NCBI GenBank assembly: GCA_020725175.1
Contig: DYFM01000005.1
Coordinates: 1,855 to 65,854, forward strand
Source of the DNA: Candidatus Paceibacter sp.
Lineage (GTDB): Bacteria > Patescibacteriota > Patescibacteriia > Magasanikbacterales > UBA922
Reading direction: 5' to 3'
DNA length: 64,000 nucleotides
In this document: in pieces, positions 1-8,850 of the stretch
How positions within the stretch are numbered: position 1 is the stretch's first letter
How the letters are laid out: each line of letters begins with the position of its first letter
Made by a program: the position numbers and the translations under genes
Notes under the pieces: generated by a model
Databases searched by the model: none
What the model saw: the letters and a program-made list of their open reading frames with translations, nothing else
Told to the model about the DNA's origin: nothing

Positions 1-2
1 TC

Positions 3-1076
3 AAGCAAACGTTTCAAATCGCCAAGCAGGCTGGTATTCGAGTAACTATGATAACGGGAGATCATCGACGAACCGCAGTCGCTATTGCTAAAGAACTAGG
101 ACTCAAAACCGATGACCATATGATTCTCGACGGCGCTGAGCTAGAAGAGATGAATGACACGCAACTTGCAGAAGCCGTAAACACCACAACGGTCTTTGCA
201 CGGGTAAATCCGAAGCATAAAATACGTATCGTACGAGCACTTCAGGCAAATGGTGAGGTGGTAGCCATGACCGGAGACGGTGTGAATGACGCCCCAGCTA
301 TCAAGGGTGCGGATATCGGTGTAGCGGTCGGGTCTGGCACAGATGTAGCGCGTGAGACCGCGGACGTAGTGCTACTGGACGATAGTTTTTCAGCGATTGT
401 TGCAGCGGTTGAAGAAGGTCGTCGTATCTACCAAAATGTCAAAAAAGTGGTATTATATCTTTTGGTCGGTTCTTTGGCGGAAGTACTTTTGATTGTTACG
501 AGTATTATTGCTGGCATGCCACTTGCTCTTCTACCGGCTCAAATTTTGTGGATTAATATTGTCAAAGAAACGTTTCCGGCAATTGCGTTTGCCTTTGATC
601 CGGGAAACCCCGGTCTCATGCGAGAACCACCTCGAAAAAAACAACGTTCTTTGTTTGATCCGATTATGAAGACGTTGATTGTAACAGTATCACTCGTAAC
701 AAATATCTTACTCTTTGTCGTCTTTGTATTCTATCTGAGAAATAATGAGACAATTGCTTTGGCGCGAACTATGATGTTTGCCGGTCTCGGTATAGGTTCG
801 TTGTTTTATTTGTATTCCATTCGAGCACAACATGAACCGGTTTGGAGTGTTTCTTTGTGGAACAATTGGTATGTCACTGCCGCTGTCTTGTTTGGTGCGG
901 CAATGATGTTGATTGGAATTTATGTTCCGCCGGTGCAATATGTTCTTCAGACAGTTCCATTGGATATTATCGACTGGATCGTTGTTATAGGTTTTTCGTT
1001 TCTTAATCTTGTATTAATAGAAATAGTAAAGTATGTTACTAGAAAACACAAATCATATGTTCAATCCTCCTCTTAG
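3..1076 (+). CDS. P-type cation-transporting ATPase (type II, Ca2+-like), 5' end outside window
   Basis: Frame open from window edge; MITGD, FARVNP, TGDGVNDAPA motifs, C-terminal TM helices. Confidence 0.93.
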   Translation, partial: KQTFQIAKQAGIRVTMITGDHRRTAVAIAKELGLKTDDHMILDGAELEEMNDTQLAEAVNTTTVFARVNPKHKIRIVRALQANGEVVAMTGDGVNDAPAIKGADIGVAVGSGTDVARETADVVLLDDSFSAIVAAVEEGRRIYQNVKKVVLYLLVGSLAEVLLIVTSIIAGMPLALLPAQILWINIVKETFPAIAFAFDPGNPGLMREPPRKKQRSLFDPIMKTLIVTVSLVTNILLFVVFVFYLRNNETIALARTMMFAGLGIGSLFYLYSIRAQHEPVWSVSLWNNWYVTAAVLFGAAMMLIGIYVPPVQYVLQTVPLDIIDWIVVIGFSFLNLVLIEIVKYVTRKHKSYVQSSS

Positions 1077-1135
1077 AATGTATATCTCTTGATAGCCATT
1101 AAACGAATTAACAATTTATCTCATTATCTTATACT

Positions 1136-1720
1136 ATGCAACATATCAACACCACCTATCTCAACACGCTCAAAAATAATCTTCATGAGTATCACACCAA
1201 GCGCAGAGACATTATCAATAAATCAGGTGACGCGCAACATCATGCCAAACGAGCGATTTTTGCTATGCACCGAGGCGATATGAAGGAAGCCGATGAACGA
1301 TTGAAATTGGCCGGTGACACATTTATCAAGCTGTATAAAGAAATCAAAAAAGATGCCCGTATGCTGAACGAGGGCTCCTACCGTGCCGGAGTAGAGGAAT
1401 ATGTGGAAGCAATACTTTTTCATCAGTTTTTGACCAAAGGTAAAGTGGATAAAGTTCCAGGACTACCTATTGATACAGAGGTGTATCTCGGAGGGCTTTG
1501 TGATGTGCCGGGAGAATTGTATCGATATGCGATAAAATCCGCCAGTGAAAAGAACTTTGCGATGGTAAGACAGTGTGCGGAAATGGGAGAAGAAATAATC
1601 GGCGCGTTGATTGAGTTTAATCTGACCAGTTACTTGCGGAATAAGTTTGATCAAGCAAAGCAGGCGGTGCATAAGCTTGAGATTGTGGTGTATGAGGTTT
1701 CGTTGCGCAATGAAAAATAA
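1136..1720 (+). CDS. Translin/TRAX (C3PO-like) family protein
   Basis: Helical 194 aa with KRAIFxxHR, EEYVEA and YLGGLCDVPGEL motifs typical of translin family. Confidence 0.8.
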   Translation: MQHINTTYLNTLKNNLHEYHTKRRDIINKSGDAQHHAKRAIFAMHRGDMKEADERLKLAGDTFIKLYKEIKKDARMLNEGSYRAGVEEYVEAILFHQFLTKGKVDKVPGLPIDTEVYLGGLCDVPGELYRYAIKSASEKNFAMVRQCAEMGEEIIGALIEFNLTSYLRNKFDQAKQAVHKLEIVVYEVSLRNEK

Positions 1721-1723
1721 TCA

Positions 1724-2305
1724 ATGGAAGGTATGGAAGTATATATTGATGAATCAGGAATTCATAAATTTTCCGGTTATAGTGTTGTTTGTTTTGTTTA
1801 TGTACAAACTGATGGAGTAAAAGAAGTAGAAAAAGCACTGATAAAAGTTGAAAATTTACTTGGAATTAGAAAGTTTCGTTGGTCCGATTTTGGTTCCAAA
1901 CGAGGATGGGTGGTACGAGAAAGTTTTATTCGTCATATAATACCACTACCGTTTCTTTTCAATATTATATATTTTCAAAACCCTATCGCATTTCATTCTG
2001 CTTTTGAGCATGTTCTACATTCTGTTATTCAGCATGATAGAATAAGGAAAATCATTATTGATGGTAAAAAATCGAGAACGTATTCTCGGCGCATAAAAAA
2101 TGTACTACGTAAACATAACATTTCTGTGAAAAAAGTAGTTATGGCAAATGATGGGGGTACTCCAGGGTTACGATTAGCAGATGCTCTTGCCGGGTTATAT
2201 CGATCACATATGGAGAAACCAACGAGCAAAACAAATGATCTGATAAGTTTAATCACTCGTAACAACAAAAAACCGTCCATTATGGACGGTCAGATTGCCC
2301 GGTAG
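1724..2305 (+). CDS. DUF3800 family protein (predicted RNase H-like fold)
   Basis: N-terminal YIDESG, central IIIDG, C-terminal LRLADALAG. Confidence 0.8.
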   Translation: MEGMEVYIDESGIHKFSGYSVVCFVYVQTDGVKEVEKALIKVENLLGIRKFRWSDFGSKRGWVVRESFIRHIIPLPFLFNIIYFQNPIAFHSAFEHVLHSVIQHDRIRKIIIDGKKSRTYSRRIKNVLRKHNISVKKVVMANDGGTPGLRLADALAGLYRSHMEKPTSKTNDLISLITRNNKKPSIMDGQIAR

Positions 2306-2361
2306 TTTGGAAGTCTTCCAAACTCTCCCCATACGGCGGATTTGTCCCGGGTTCTTGTTCT
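2267..2361 (-). ncRNA. Candidate structured small RNA convergent on the DUF3800 gene 3' end
   Basis: Own promoter (2368-2396); CCCGG/CCGGG-closed three-way junction with 9-bp AGTTTGGAA/TTCCAAACT stem; terminator ACCGTCCAT-A-ATGGACGGT + T-run. Confidence 0.7.
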
Positions 2362-2367
2362 AGATAA

Positions 2368-2396
2368 ACTATATCATTATTTAAGAAGATTGTCAA
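2368..2396 (-). promoter_or_regulatory. Sigma70-type promoter of the small RNA
   Basis: TTGACA-17 nt-TATAGT, with TG before the -10. Confidence 0.75.
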
Positions 2397-2521
2397 TCAT
2401 TATGTCTCGATACATGTGCTGTGACTTAGACAATTAGCCAAAACCCTCTATTTCCTAAAATTAGAAACAGAGGGGATTGGAGGACTGACGGTGGTGCTAG
2501 GAAGCGCCGGGAGGGGGTGTG

Positions 2522-2659
2522 TCAGTCCTTTTCGAATGCTGTGGAAGTGATCATGAGGAAAATCCCCATAAAGAAGAAAAGAGGATCTTTCCCTTCCATA
2601 CAGTCCTCAATACCGATGGAAAGGACCCCAAGCCCCACATAAAATAGAAGATTTGCCAC
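2522..2659 (-). CDS. Small 45-aa membrane peptide (MANLLFYVGLGVLSIGIEDCMEGKDPLFFFMGIFLMITSTAFEKD)
   Basis: GTG start after AAAGGTGAG; two hydrophobic segments; upstream TTGACA (2760-2765) and TGcTATTAT; downstream hairpin + T-run near 2440-2474. Confidence 0.45.
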   Translation of the reverse strand: MANLLFYVGLGVLSIGIEDCMEGKDPLFFFMGIFLMITSTAFEKD

Positions 2660-2934
2660 ATTCTCACCTTTTCGCCTCCAGTCGACAACCAAGTCGTCCC
2701 AACCACGGGATAACTTGTGTCAGCAAGGCGAACTGGAAATAATAGCATAGAGAGAGAGTTGTCAAGGTCTTCAATGTAGGGTAAAATATCTTTGTTCTAC
2801 TCGGCTTTAGACGAGGTTTGGTTGACCTTTAGGTTAAAAGACTCAAAAAAAACGAATGCAGTTTGTGCTCTAAAGGGTACTTGCCCCCGCCTTCCACCCA
2901 AGGCGGACAAGAAAAGTGGGCAGAATGTTGAACT

Positions 2935-4314
2935 ATGTTTATTAAACAAACCCTCAAAAAACTCATTCCCAAAAAAATCCTCAACCTTCGCCATCTTTTT
3001 TTTGCCTGGTATGGGGCAGTGAAATATCGACATCCGTCGGAGGAGCTTTTTGTGATTGGAATTACCGGCACGAGTGGAAAATCAACGACGGTTTTTTTGT
3101 TACGACAATTACTTGAGGCGGCCGGATACACCGTTGGTTCACTTTCTACAATTGATTTTTATATTGCCGGAGAAAACAAACTCAATGATCAAAAAATGAC
3201 CATGCTTGGAAAAACAGCCATTCAGAAATATTTACGCGAGATGGTTGATAAGCAGTGTGACATTGCAATTGTCGAGACAACTTCTGAGGGGCGGGTTCAG
3301 CATCGGCATCGGGTTATCAATTACGACATGATGCTTTTGACAAACTTATATCCGGAACATATAGAATCACATGGAGGATTTGACAATTATAAACAAGCAA
3401 AAGTGGATTTGTTTGAATATACCGGGAATGCAAAACATAAAAAACAGATAAAACATATAAAACCGATAAAACAAATTGAAAACAAAGTTGTGCCAAAGAC
3501 CGCAATTGTAAACGGTGAGAGTGAATATGCGAGAGAATTTTTACAATGTTCCTTTGATAATACATACATCTTTGGTAGAGAAAAACAATACAACAGTATA
3601 GCGATACAACAAAACAACAATACAACTACCGTCTCAAACATTTCAGTTGATAAAACAGGATTGCATTTTGCTATTGATGGACATACTATGAACGCGCCCA
3701 TGTTTGGTGAGCATAACGTGATGAATATTTTGGCGGCTGTGACAGTTGCTAAAACGCTTGGGATTTCGTGGAATGTCATAACCAAGGTTGTTTCTTTGTT
3801 TCAAAATGTTCCCGGGCGTTGTGAATTTATTCGTGAGGCGGAAAAACGAGGATTCCAAGTCATTGTTGATTATGCCTTTGAACCAAAAGCGATTGCGGCA
3901 TTGTATCATGTAGTTGACTTGTTACAGCCCAAACGTATTATCCATATATTTGGTTCTACCGGAGGTGGAAGAGATGTTGAGCGGAGATTTACGGTTGGGT
4001 CATTTGTTGCTCAAAGAGCTGATGTTTGTATCGTTACTGATGAGGACCCATATGATGATGATCCGGTAAGTATTATGAATGATGTAGCTTCAGCAGTCAG
4101 AAAAGAAGGAAAGAAAGATGGAGAAGGTTTATTTGTAGTCTTAGATAGAAAAGAGGCGGTGAGAACAGCTCTACAGTTGGCACGATCTGGGGATTTGGTG
4201 TTATTAACTGGAAAAGGAAGCGAACAAAAAATGTGCGTTGCGGGTGGAAAAATGATTCCTTGGGATGATAGAACAGTAGTACGAGAAGTACTCGCCGATT
4301 TACCAGAAGTATGA
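2935..4314 (+). CDS. murE: UDP-N-acetylmuramyl-tripeptide synthetase (MurE family)
   Basis: GITGTSGKST, ETTSEG, TNLYPEH, VDYA, DEDPY, GKGSE motifs. Confidence 0.9.
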   Translation: MFIKQTLKKLIPKKILNLRHLFFAWYGAVKYRHPSEELFVIGITGTSGKSTTVFLLRQLLEAAGYTVGSLSTIDFYIAGENKLNDQKMTMLGKTAIQKYLREMVDKQCDIAIVETTSEGRVQHRHRVINYDMMLLTNLYPEHIESHGGFDNYKQAKVDLFEYTGNAKHKKQIKHIKPIKQIENKVVPKTAIVNGESEYAREFLQCSFDNTYIFGREKQYNSIAIQQNNNTTTVSNISVDKTGLHFAIDGHTMNAPMFGEHNVMNILAAVTVAKTLGISWNVITKVVSLFQNVPGRCEFIREAEKRGFQVIVDYAFEPKAIAALYHVVDLLQPKRIIHIFGSTGGGRDVERRFTVGSFVAQRADVCIVTDEDPYDDDPVSIMNDVASAVRKEGKKDGEGLFVVLDRKEAVRTALQLARSGDLVLLTGKGSEQKMCVAGGKMIPWDDRTVVREVLADLPEV

Positions 4315-4327
4315 TATACTTCTTTTC

Positions 4328-4744
4328 ATGAACCAACTAGAGCACTCACAATCAGCCAGACGGTTTTTTCGTTCACGTCTGTTTTTACTTATACTACTAG
4401 GAATCGCTATTCTTATTTCTTTTAATTACGCTCGAGTATATTATCAAGATTATGAGATTCGGAAAGAAATTCGACAGCTTGAAGAAGAAGTGCGAAGTTT
4501 GGAACAAAAAAAGCTGGAATCGCTCAATATTTTGCAGTATGTAACAAGTAATTCTTTTGTGGAAGAAAAAGCGAGAACAGAACTCAATATGAAAAAACCT
4601 GGTGAGCAAGTCGCTATTATTCACACACCGTCCATCGAAATGGGAGAAGCTGTGGTATCACCTGAAGAAGACACCTTGACAGATGTCGCGAATCCGCTAA
4701 AATGGTGGTACTATTTTGTGAAGAAAAAAGGTTCTGAAGAATAA
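4328..4744 (+). CDS. Septum formation initiator (FtsB/DivIC family)
   Basis: One TM helix, coiled coil, EEKARTELNMKKPGE motif. Confidence 0.8.
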   Translation: MNQLEHSQSARRFFRSRLFLLILLGIAILISFNYARVYYQDYEIRKEIRQLEEEVRSLEQKKLESLNILQYVTSNSFVEEKARTELNMKKPGEQVAIIHTPSIEMGEAVVSPEEDTLTDVANPLKWWYYFVKKKGSEE

Positions 4745-4919
4745 ACGGTACATTTGAATCCGCCGACAGTCCCCACCCAAGGCGGACACATGCTGCGGGG
4801 AAATTCATTACATGCTAGATATTACAAACAACAATTAATTCAATTAACCTCACTATTCTAATTAACCAATAAATTCATAAACAATAAACTCATTTATCAA
4901 ATAAACTAATATCTCTTTT

Positions 4920-6050
4920 ATGGAACAACATGAACACGAACAACAGCCTGTTCACGAAGAAACTACTCATGAGCAACCAGTAACCTCACAGGAATCACCT
5001 ACAGTAAGAACACAGCGATCCCCGTGGATTCTTTTTGGTGTAGGTATTGCTGCCGGGGTAGTAATCTGTGGTGCAGTCCTATTTACTACTGTGTTTCGAG
5101 GGACTGAACCAGGGTCAGATAGTAAGGTGGCAGGATTTTTTACTAATTTGGGAAACACGTTTAAAGGATCGGTTGCTTCAATCAATGGGAGTTCCGTATC
5201 TTATGCCAAATACGTAAGTGATTTGGCAACCTTGAAAAAATTTGTGGAAAACACTCCAGAAGCCGGGTTCAATTTTTCCGATGAAGAACTTTCTGATCAG
5301 GTACTCAGTCGCCTACTGATCAATGAACTCATGAAGCAAATGGCCGAGGATCTCGGAGTAAGTACCTCAAAAGAAGATATTGAGAAAGCCCGTCAAGACT
5401 TTTTGTCACAATTTGAAACAGAAGAGGCGGCAGCCAAAGAGCTTCAGGAACGATATGGTTGGACCTTGGAAGATTTCATGAATAATGTCGTGAAACCGGC
5501 TGTACTGGAAGGGAAGGTCTCTGAAGCATTTGCGTCGAGCACCAATCCGGAATTTGAAAAATATGGTGGTGTGCAACAAGTACGTGCCCGACACATTTTG
5601 TTCAAAGTAGATGATCCGGAAAAAGAAGCTGCGGTAAAAAAACAAGCTGAGTCTGTATTGCAACAAATCAAAGACGGCGCAGACTTTGCAGAAATGGCCA
5701 AAAAACACGGGAGCGATGGTACCAAAGACACCGGCGGTGATCTAGGATTCTTTGGCCGAGGGGCAATGGTACCGGAATTTGAATTAGCCGCGTTTGCTCT
5801 TGACGCAGGGGAGCTTAGTCAGGAACTGGTAAAAACTCAGTTTGGTTACCATATTATCAAAACCGAAGAAGTGCAACGTGGGTTAAACTTCCAACAGTAT
5901 TTAATTGATCGAGTAAAGAGTTCAAATATTAAAATTGACAAGGGTGTCCACAATCCATTTGAGGAGCTTATGAATCAACCATCTGTTTCTGATGAACCAG
6001 TAGTTGAGGTGGCTCCGGAAGAAACTGCTCCGGTTGAAGAAAACTCATAG
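4920..6050 (+). CDS. Parvulin-type peptidyl-prolyl isomerase (PrsA/SurA-like)
   Basis: N-terminal TM; VRARHIL, GGDLG, MVPEFE, TQFGYHII. Confidence 0.9.
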   Translation: MEQHEHEQQPVHEETTHEQPVTSQESPTVRTQRSPWILFGVGIAAGVVICGAVLFTTVFRGTEPGSDSKVAGFFTNLGNTFKGSVASINGSSVSYAKYVSDLATLKKFVENTPEAGFNFSDEELSDQVLSRLLINELMKQMAEDLGVSTSKEDIEKARQDFLSQFETEEAAAKELQERYGWTLEDFMNNVVKPAVLEGKVSEAFASSTNPEFEKYGGVQQVRARHILFKVDDPEKEAAVKKQAESVLQQIKDGADFAEMAKKHGSDGTKDTGGDLGFFGRGAMVPEFELAAFALDAGELSQELVKTQFGYHIIKTEEVQRGLNFQQYLIDRVKSSNIKIDKGVHNPFEELMNQPSVSDEPVVEVAPEETAPVEENS

Positions 6051-6087
6051 TCACGTATCGGTACAGCCAATCATATCGGTTGGCTGA

Positions 6088-6158
6088 GCGGGATTCGTAC
6101 AGTGGCAGTACGCCAGCTTCCCAAGCTGGATGCGCCAGTTCGATTCTGGTATCCCGCT
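6088..6158 (+). tRNA. tRNA-Gly(CCC)
   Basis: Acceptor GCGGGAT/ATCCCGC; anticodon arm CCAGC-TTCCCAA-GCTGG; TTCGA T-loop. Confidence 0.93.
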
Positions 6159-6232
6159 CTACCGACCGATACTAAAAAAGAGAGTGCGAAATTGTACTCT
6201 CTCTTTTTTGTATGAAGTGGTAGGGTAAATTA

Positions 6233-6718
6233 TTATTCTGCTGTGTGTAACATAATTCCCTTATCTCTCGGTAAACTTTTTTCTATATCAATCACTCGTT
6301 GGTTGAGAATCGGATGAAGGATGTCTGGTTCAATGTCTTTGAGTGGTGTCATGACAAAGAGTCTTTCGTGCATGCGAGGGTGGGGGATGGTGAGATGCTC
6401 GGTATCAAGCACTAGATCATCGTACAAAAGAACGTCGATATCAATGGTTCGCGGACCATTTTTTATGAGTCGTATACGTTTCATATCAAGCTCAATTGCT
6501 TGAGTGGCTTCCAAGAGTTCATCTGGATAGAGAGTGGTATCAAGTTTTACGACGCAGTTGAGAATCCATGGTTGATTTGTGTATCCAATCGGTTCAGTTT
6601 TGTAGAGTGGAGATACGGTTACAATGGTTCCAAGTTCACCAAGGCGTCGTACTGCGTCACGAATTTGCGATTCTGGCTTTCCTACATTACTACCAAGTCC
6701 TAAATATACTGTAGCCAT
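6233..6718 (-). CDS. folK: HPPK (2-amino-4-hydroxy-6-hydroxymethyldihydropteridine diphosphokinase)
   Basis: YLGLGSN, GPRTIDIDVL, IPHPRMHER. Confidence 0.95.
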   Translation of the reverse strand: MATVYLGLGSNVGKPESQIRDAVRRLGELGTIVTVSPLYKTEPIGYTNQPWILNCVVKLDTTLYPDELLEATQAIELDMKRIRLIKNGPRTIDIDVLLYDDLVLDTEHLTIPHPRMHERLFVMTPLKDIEPDILHPILNQRVIDIEKSLPRDKGIMLHTAE

Positions 6719-6730
6719 ACAAATTAAAGG

Positions 6731-7543
6731 TTATTCTGATTGGGAATAGTGAATAGCATCTGAAATTTGGAGTGCGCGAGCTGTTTGTCTTACATCATGT
6801 ACACGAACAATTGAGGTACCATTTAGACTGGCAACGACATTGGCAGCGAGTGTTCCTTCCAGTCGATTAGTAACAGGTAGACCAGTAATATGTCCGATAA
6901 ATGATTTTCTTGAAGCGCCGACAAGCAGTGGAAATCCAAGATCGGTAAATTCAGACAACCGTCGTAATAGTTCAAGATTGTGCTGAACGGTTTTCCCAAA
7001 CCCTATTCCTGGATCAAGAATAATGTCTGAAATTCCGTCAGCCGTTGCGGCATCGATTTGACGAAGGAAAAATTCTTTGATTTCGGCTACTACATCGTCA
7101 TATGTAGGACACTCCTGCATGGTTTTCGGATCACCCTTCATGTGCATGATAATAGCGGTTGCCTTGTGTTCAGCTACAATATATCGCATTTTTGGGTCAG
7201 TAAGTCCGGTGATATCATTGATAATACTAGCGCCGTTTTCTAGCGCCACTTTTGCGACAGCTGGTTTAAAGGTGTCTACTGATATCGGAACACGAATTTC
7301 ATCTTTTAGTTCTTGTAGAATAGGGAGAATTCGATCAATTTCTTCTTCTGGCGGGATAATATCAGCTCCCGGACGACTACTTTGTCCACCGAGATCAATA
7401 ATGTCTGCCCCGTCCGCAATCATTACTTCGGTGTGGCGTAGCGCCAATTCAGTATTATGATAATAAATACCGCCATCGGAAAATGAGTCCGGGGTGATGT
7501 TGAGAATACCCATGATAGCAGTTTTGTATGGTGGAAGATGCAT
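6731..7543 (-). CDS. folP: Dihydropteroate synthase
   Basis: MGILNITPDSFSDGG, DPGIGFGK, SRKSF, RVHDV; start moved to 7543 because the longer ORF overlaps tRNA-Thr. Confidence 0.95.
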   Translation of the reverse strand: MHLPPYKTAIMGILNITPDSFSDGGIYYHNTELALRHTEVMIADGADIIDLGGQSSRPGADIIPPEEEIDRILPILQELKDEIRVPISVDTFKPAVAKVALENGASIINDITGLTDPKMRYIVAEHKATAIIMHMKGDPKTMQECPTYDDVVAEIKEFFLRQIDAATADGISDIILDPGIGFGKTVQHNLELLRRLSEFTDLGFPLLVGASRKSFIGHITGLPVTNRLEGTLAANVVASLNGTSIVRVHDVRQTARALQISDAIHYSQSE

Positions 7544-7707
7544 AGAACAGTGTTTACTGCTAATATTGTAATGTAATTTCAATTTTTTGCAAGAGGGGAT
7601 GTGGTCTTTGCTTATCTTGACCTTTTGACTGTTTTTATATATACTTTTTTTGCTTTTTGTTATCGGTATATAAAAGAAAAAGCAATATTCAGTAGTCAAT
7701 TTGCTAC

Positions 7708-7780
7708 GCCGAGATAGCTCAGTTGGTAGAGCGGCACATTCGTAACGTGCAGGTCGTGGGTTCAATCCCCATTCTCGGCT
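7708..7780 (+). tRNA. tRNA-Thr(CGT)
   Basis: Acceptor GCCGAGA/TCTCGGC; D-arm GCTC/GAGC; loop TT-CGT-AA; TTCAA T-loop. Confidence 0.93.
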
Positions 7781-7800
7781 CAATAAAAAAAATGTGGAGT

Positions 7801-7835
7801 TCTCCGCCCAAGGCGGATCCGCCTCGGGCGGAGAT
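7801..7835. repeat. REP-like CCGCC..GGCGGA palindrome pair
   Basis: TCCGCCCAAGGCGGA-TCCGCCTCGGGCGGA; related CCACCCAAGGCGGAC copies near 2894-2908 and 4773-4787. Confidence 0.7.
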
Positions 7836-8010
7836 CCTCCGAGGTGGCTCAATCGGGATAACGTGCAGGTCGTGGGTTCTTTGAAAATACGAATTCGCCT
7901 CGGGTGGAAATCTATATTCTCGACTCAAAGAAGTTATTCACACGTTTAGACTTTCTAAACGTGTTTTTGTTCTAGGAGAAAAAAGGGAAATGTGGTATAC
8001 TTTGTTTTGT

Positions 8011-8082
8011 AAATCAAAAATCATAAATCATAAATCCAAAGTTGTGTTGTTGATTTTAGATTTATGATTTTAGATTTATGAT
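8011..8082. repeat. Inverted array of 7-nt units (AAATCAT / ATGATTT) in ftsE leader
   Basis: aaatcaaaaatcataaatcataaatc ... gattttagatttatgattttagatttatgat. Confidence 0.75.
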
Positions 8083-8088
8083 CTCACA

Positions 8089-8769
8089 ATGATTACTCTC
8101 AATAACGTCTCAAAATATTATACCAAAGATAGTGTAGGGCTTCGTGATGTGCATCTGCATATTGATGCGGGTGAGTTTGTGTCTGTGGTGGGGCAAAGTG
8201 GAACAGGGAAAACTACTTTGGTAAAGCTCCTAATAGCCGAAGAGCGTCCAACTTCAGGTCAAATTATTATTGGTAGTTGGGATGTGACTCATATTCCACA
8301 TCGCGATGTGCCGTTTTTACGTCGTCAAATCGGAGTAATTTTCCAAGATTTTAAACTACTACAAAAAAAGACTGTTGCGGAAAATGTAGCGTTTGCGCTT
8401 CAGGTAGCAGGGGAGCGACCAAAACGTATTCGAGAGGTTGTTCCGCGAGTACTCGACATTGTAGGCTTGAAGCATAAAGCAGACCGTTACCCTGATCAAA
8501 TTTCCGGAGGAGAACAGCAACGAGTGGTTATTGCTCGGTCACTTGTTCATCGTCCAAAAATTTTAGTGGCAGATGAGCCAACCGGAAATCTCGATACAAT
8601 CAATTCACATGAAATTATTGAAATACTTAAAAAAATTAATGAGTTTGGAACAACCATTCTTCTCGTGACACACAATCGAGATATCGTGAACCAGCTTCAA
8701 AAGCGGGTGGTTACCATTCATGATGGTCATATTGTGTCCGATGAAGAAAAAGGGTCGTACCGACTGTGA
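8089..8769 (+). CDS. ftsE: Cell division ABC ATPase FtsE
   Basis: GQSGTGKT, LRRQIGVIFQDFKLL, SGGEQQRV, ADEPTGNLD. Confidence 0.95.
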   Translation: MITLNNVSKYYTKDSVGLRDVHLHIDAGEFVSVVGQSGTGKTTLVKLLIAEERPTSGQIIIGSWDVTHIPHRDVPFLRRQIGVIFQDFKLLQKKTVAENVAFALQVAGERPKRIREVVPRVLDIVGLKHKADRYPDQISGGEQQRVVIARSLVHRPKILVADEPTGNLDTINSHEIIEILKKINEFGTTILLVTHNRDIVNQLQKRVVTIHDGHIVSDEEKGSYRL

Positions 8770-8850
8770 CTAAGTATACTACGTCTGCTAAGTGGCTTAG
8801 TCAACTAAGTCAACTCAGAAAACTCAGATAACTCAGAATCAGAAACAGCT

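Noticed and set aside
7544-7852. N-terminal extension of the folP ORF
   Set aside because: It is the antisense of tRNA-Thr and REP-like palindromes; DHPS similarity starts near 7543.
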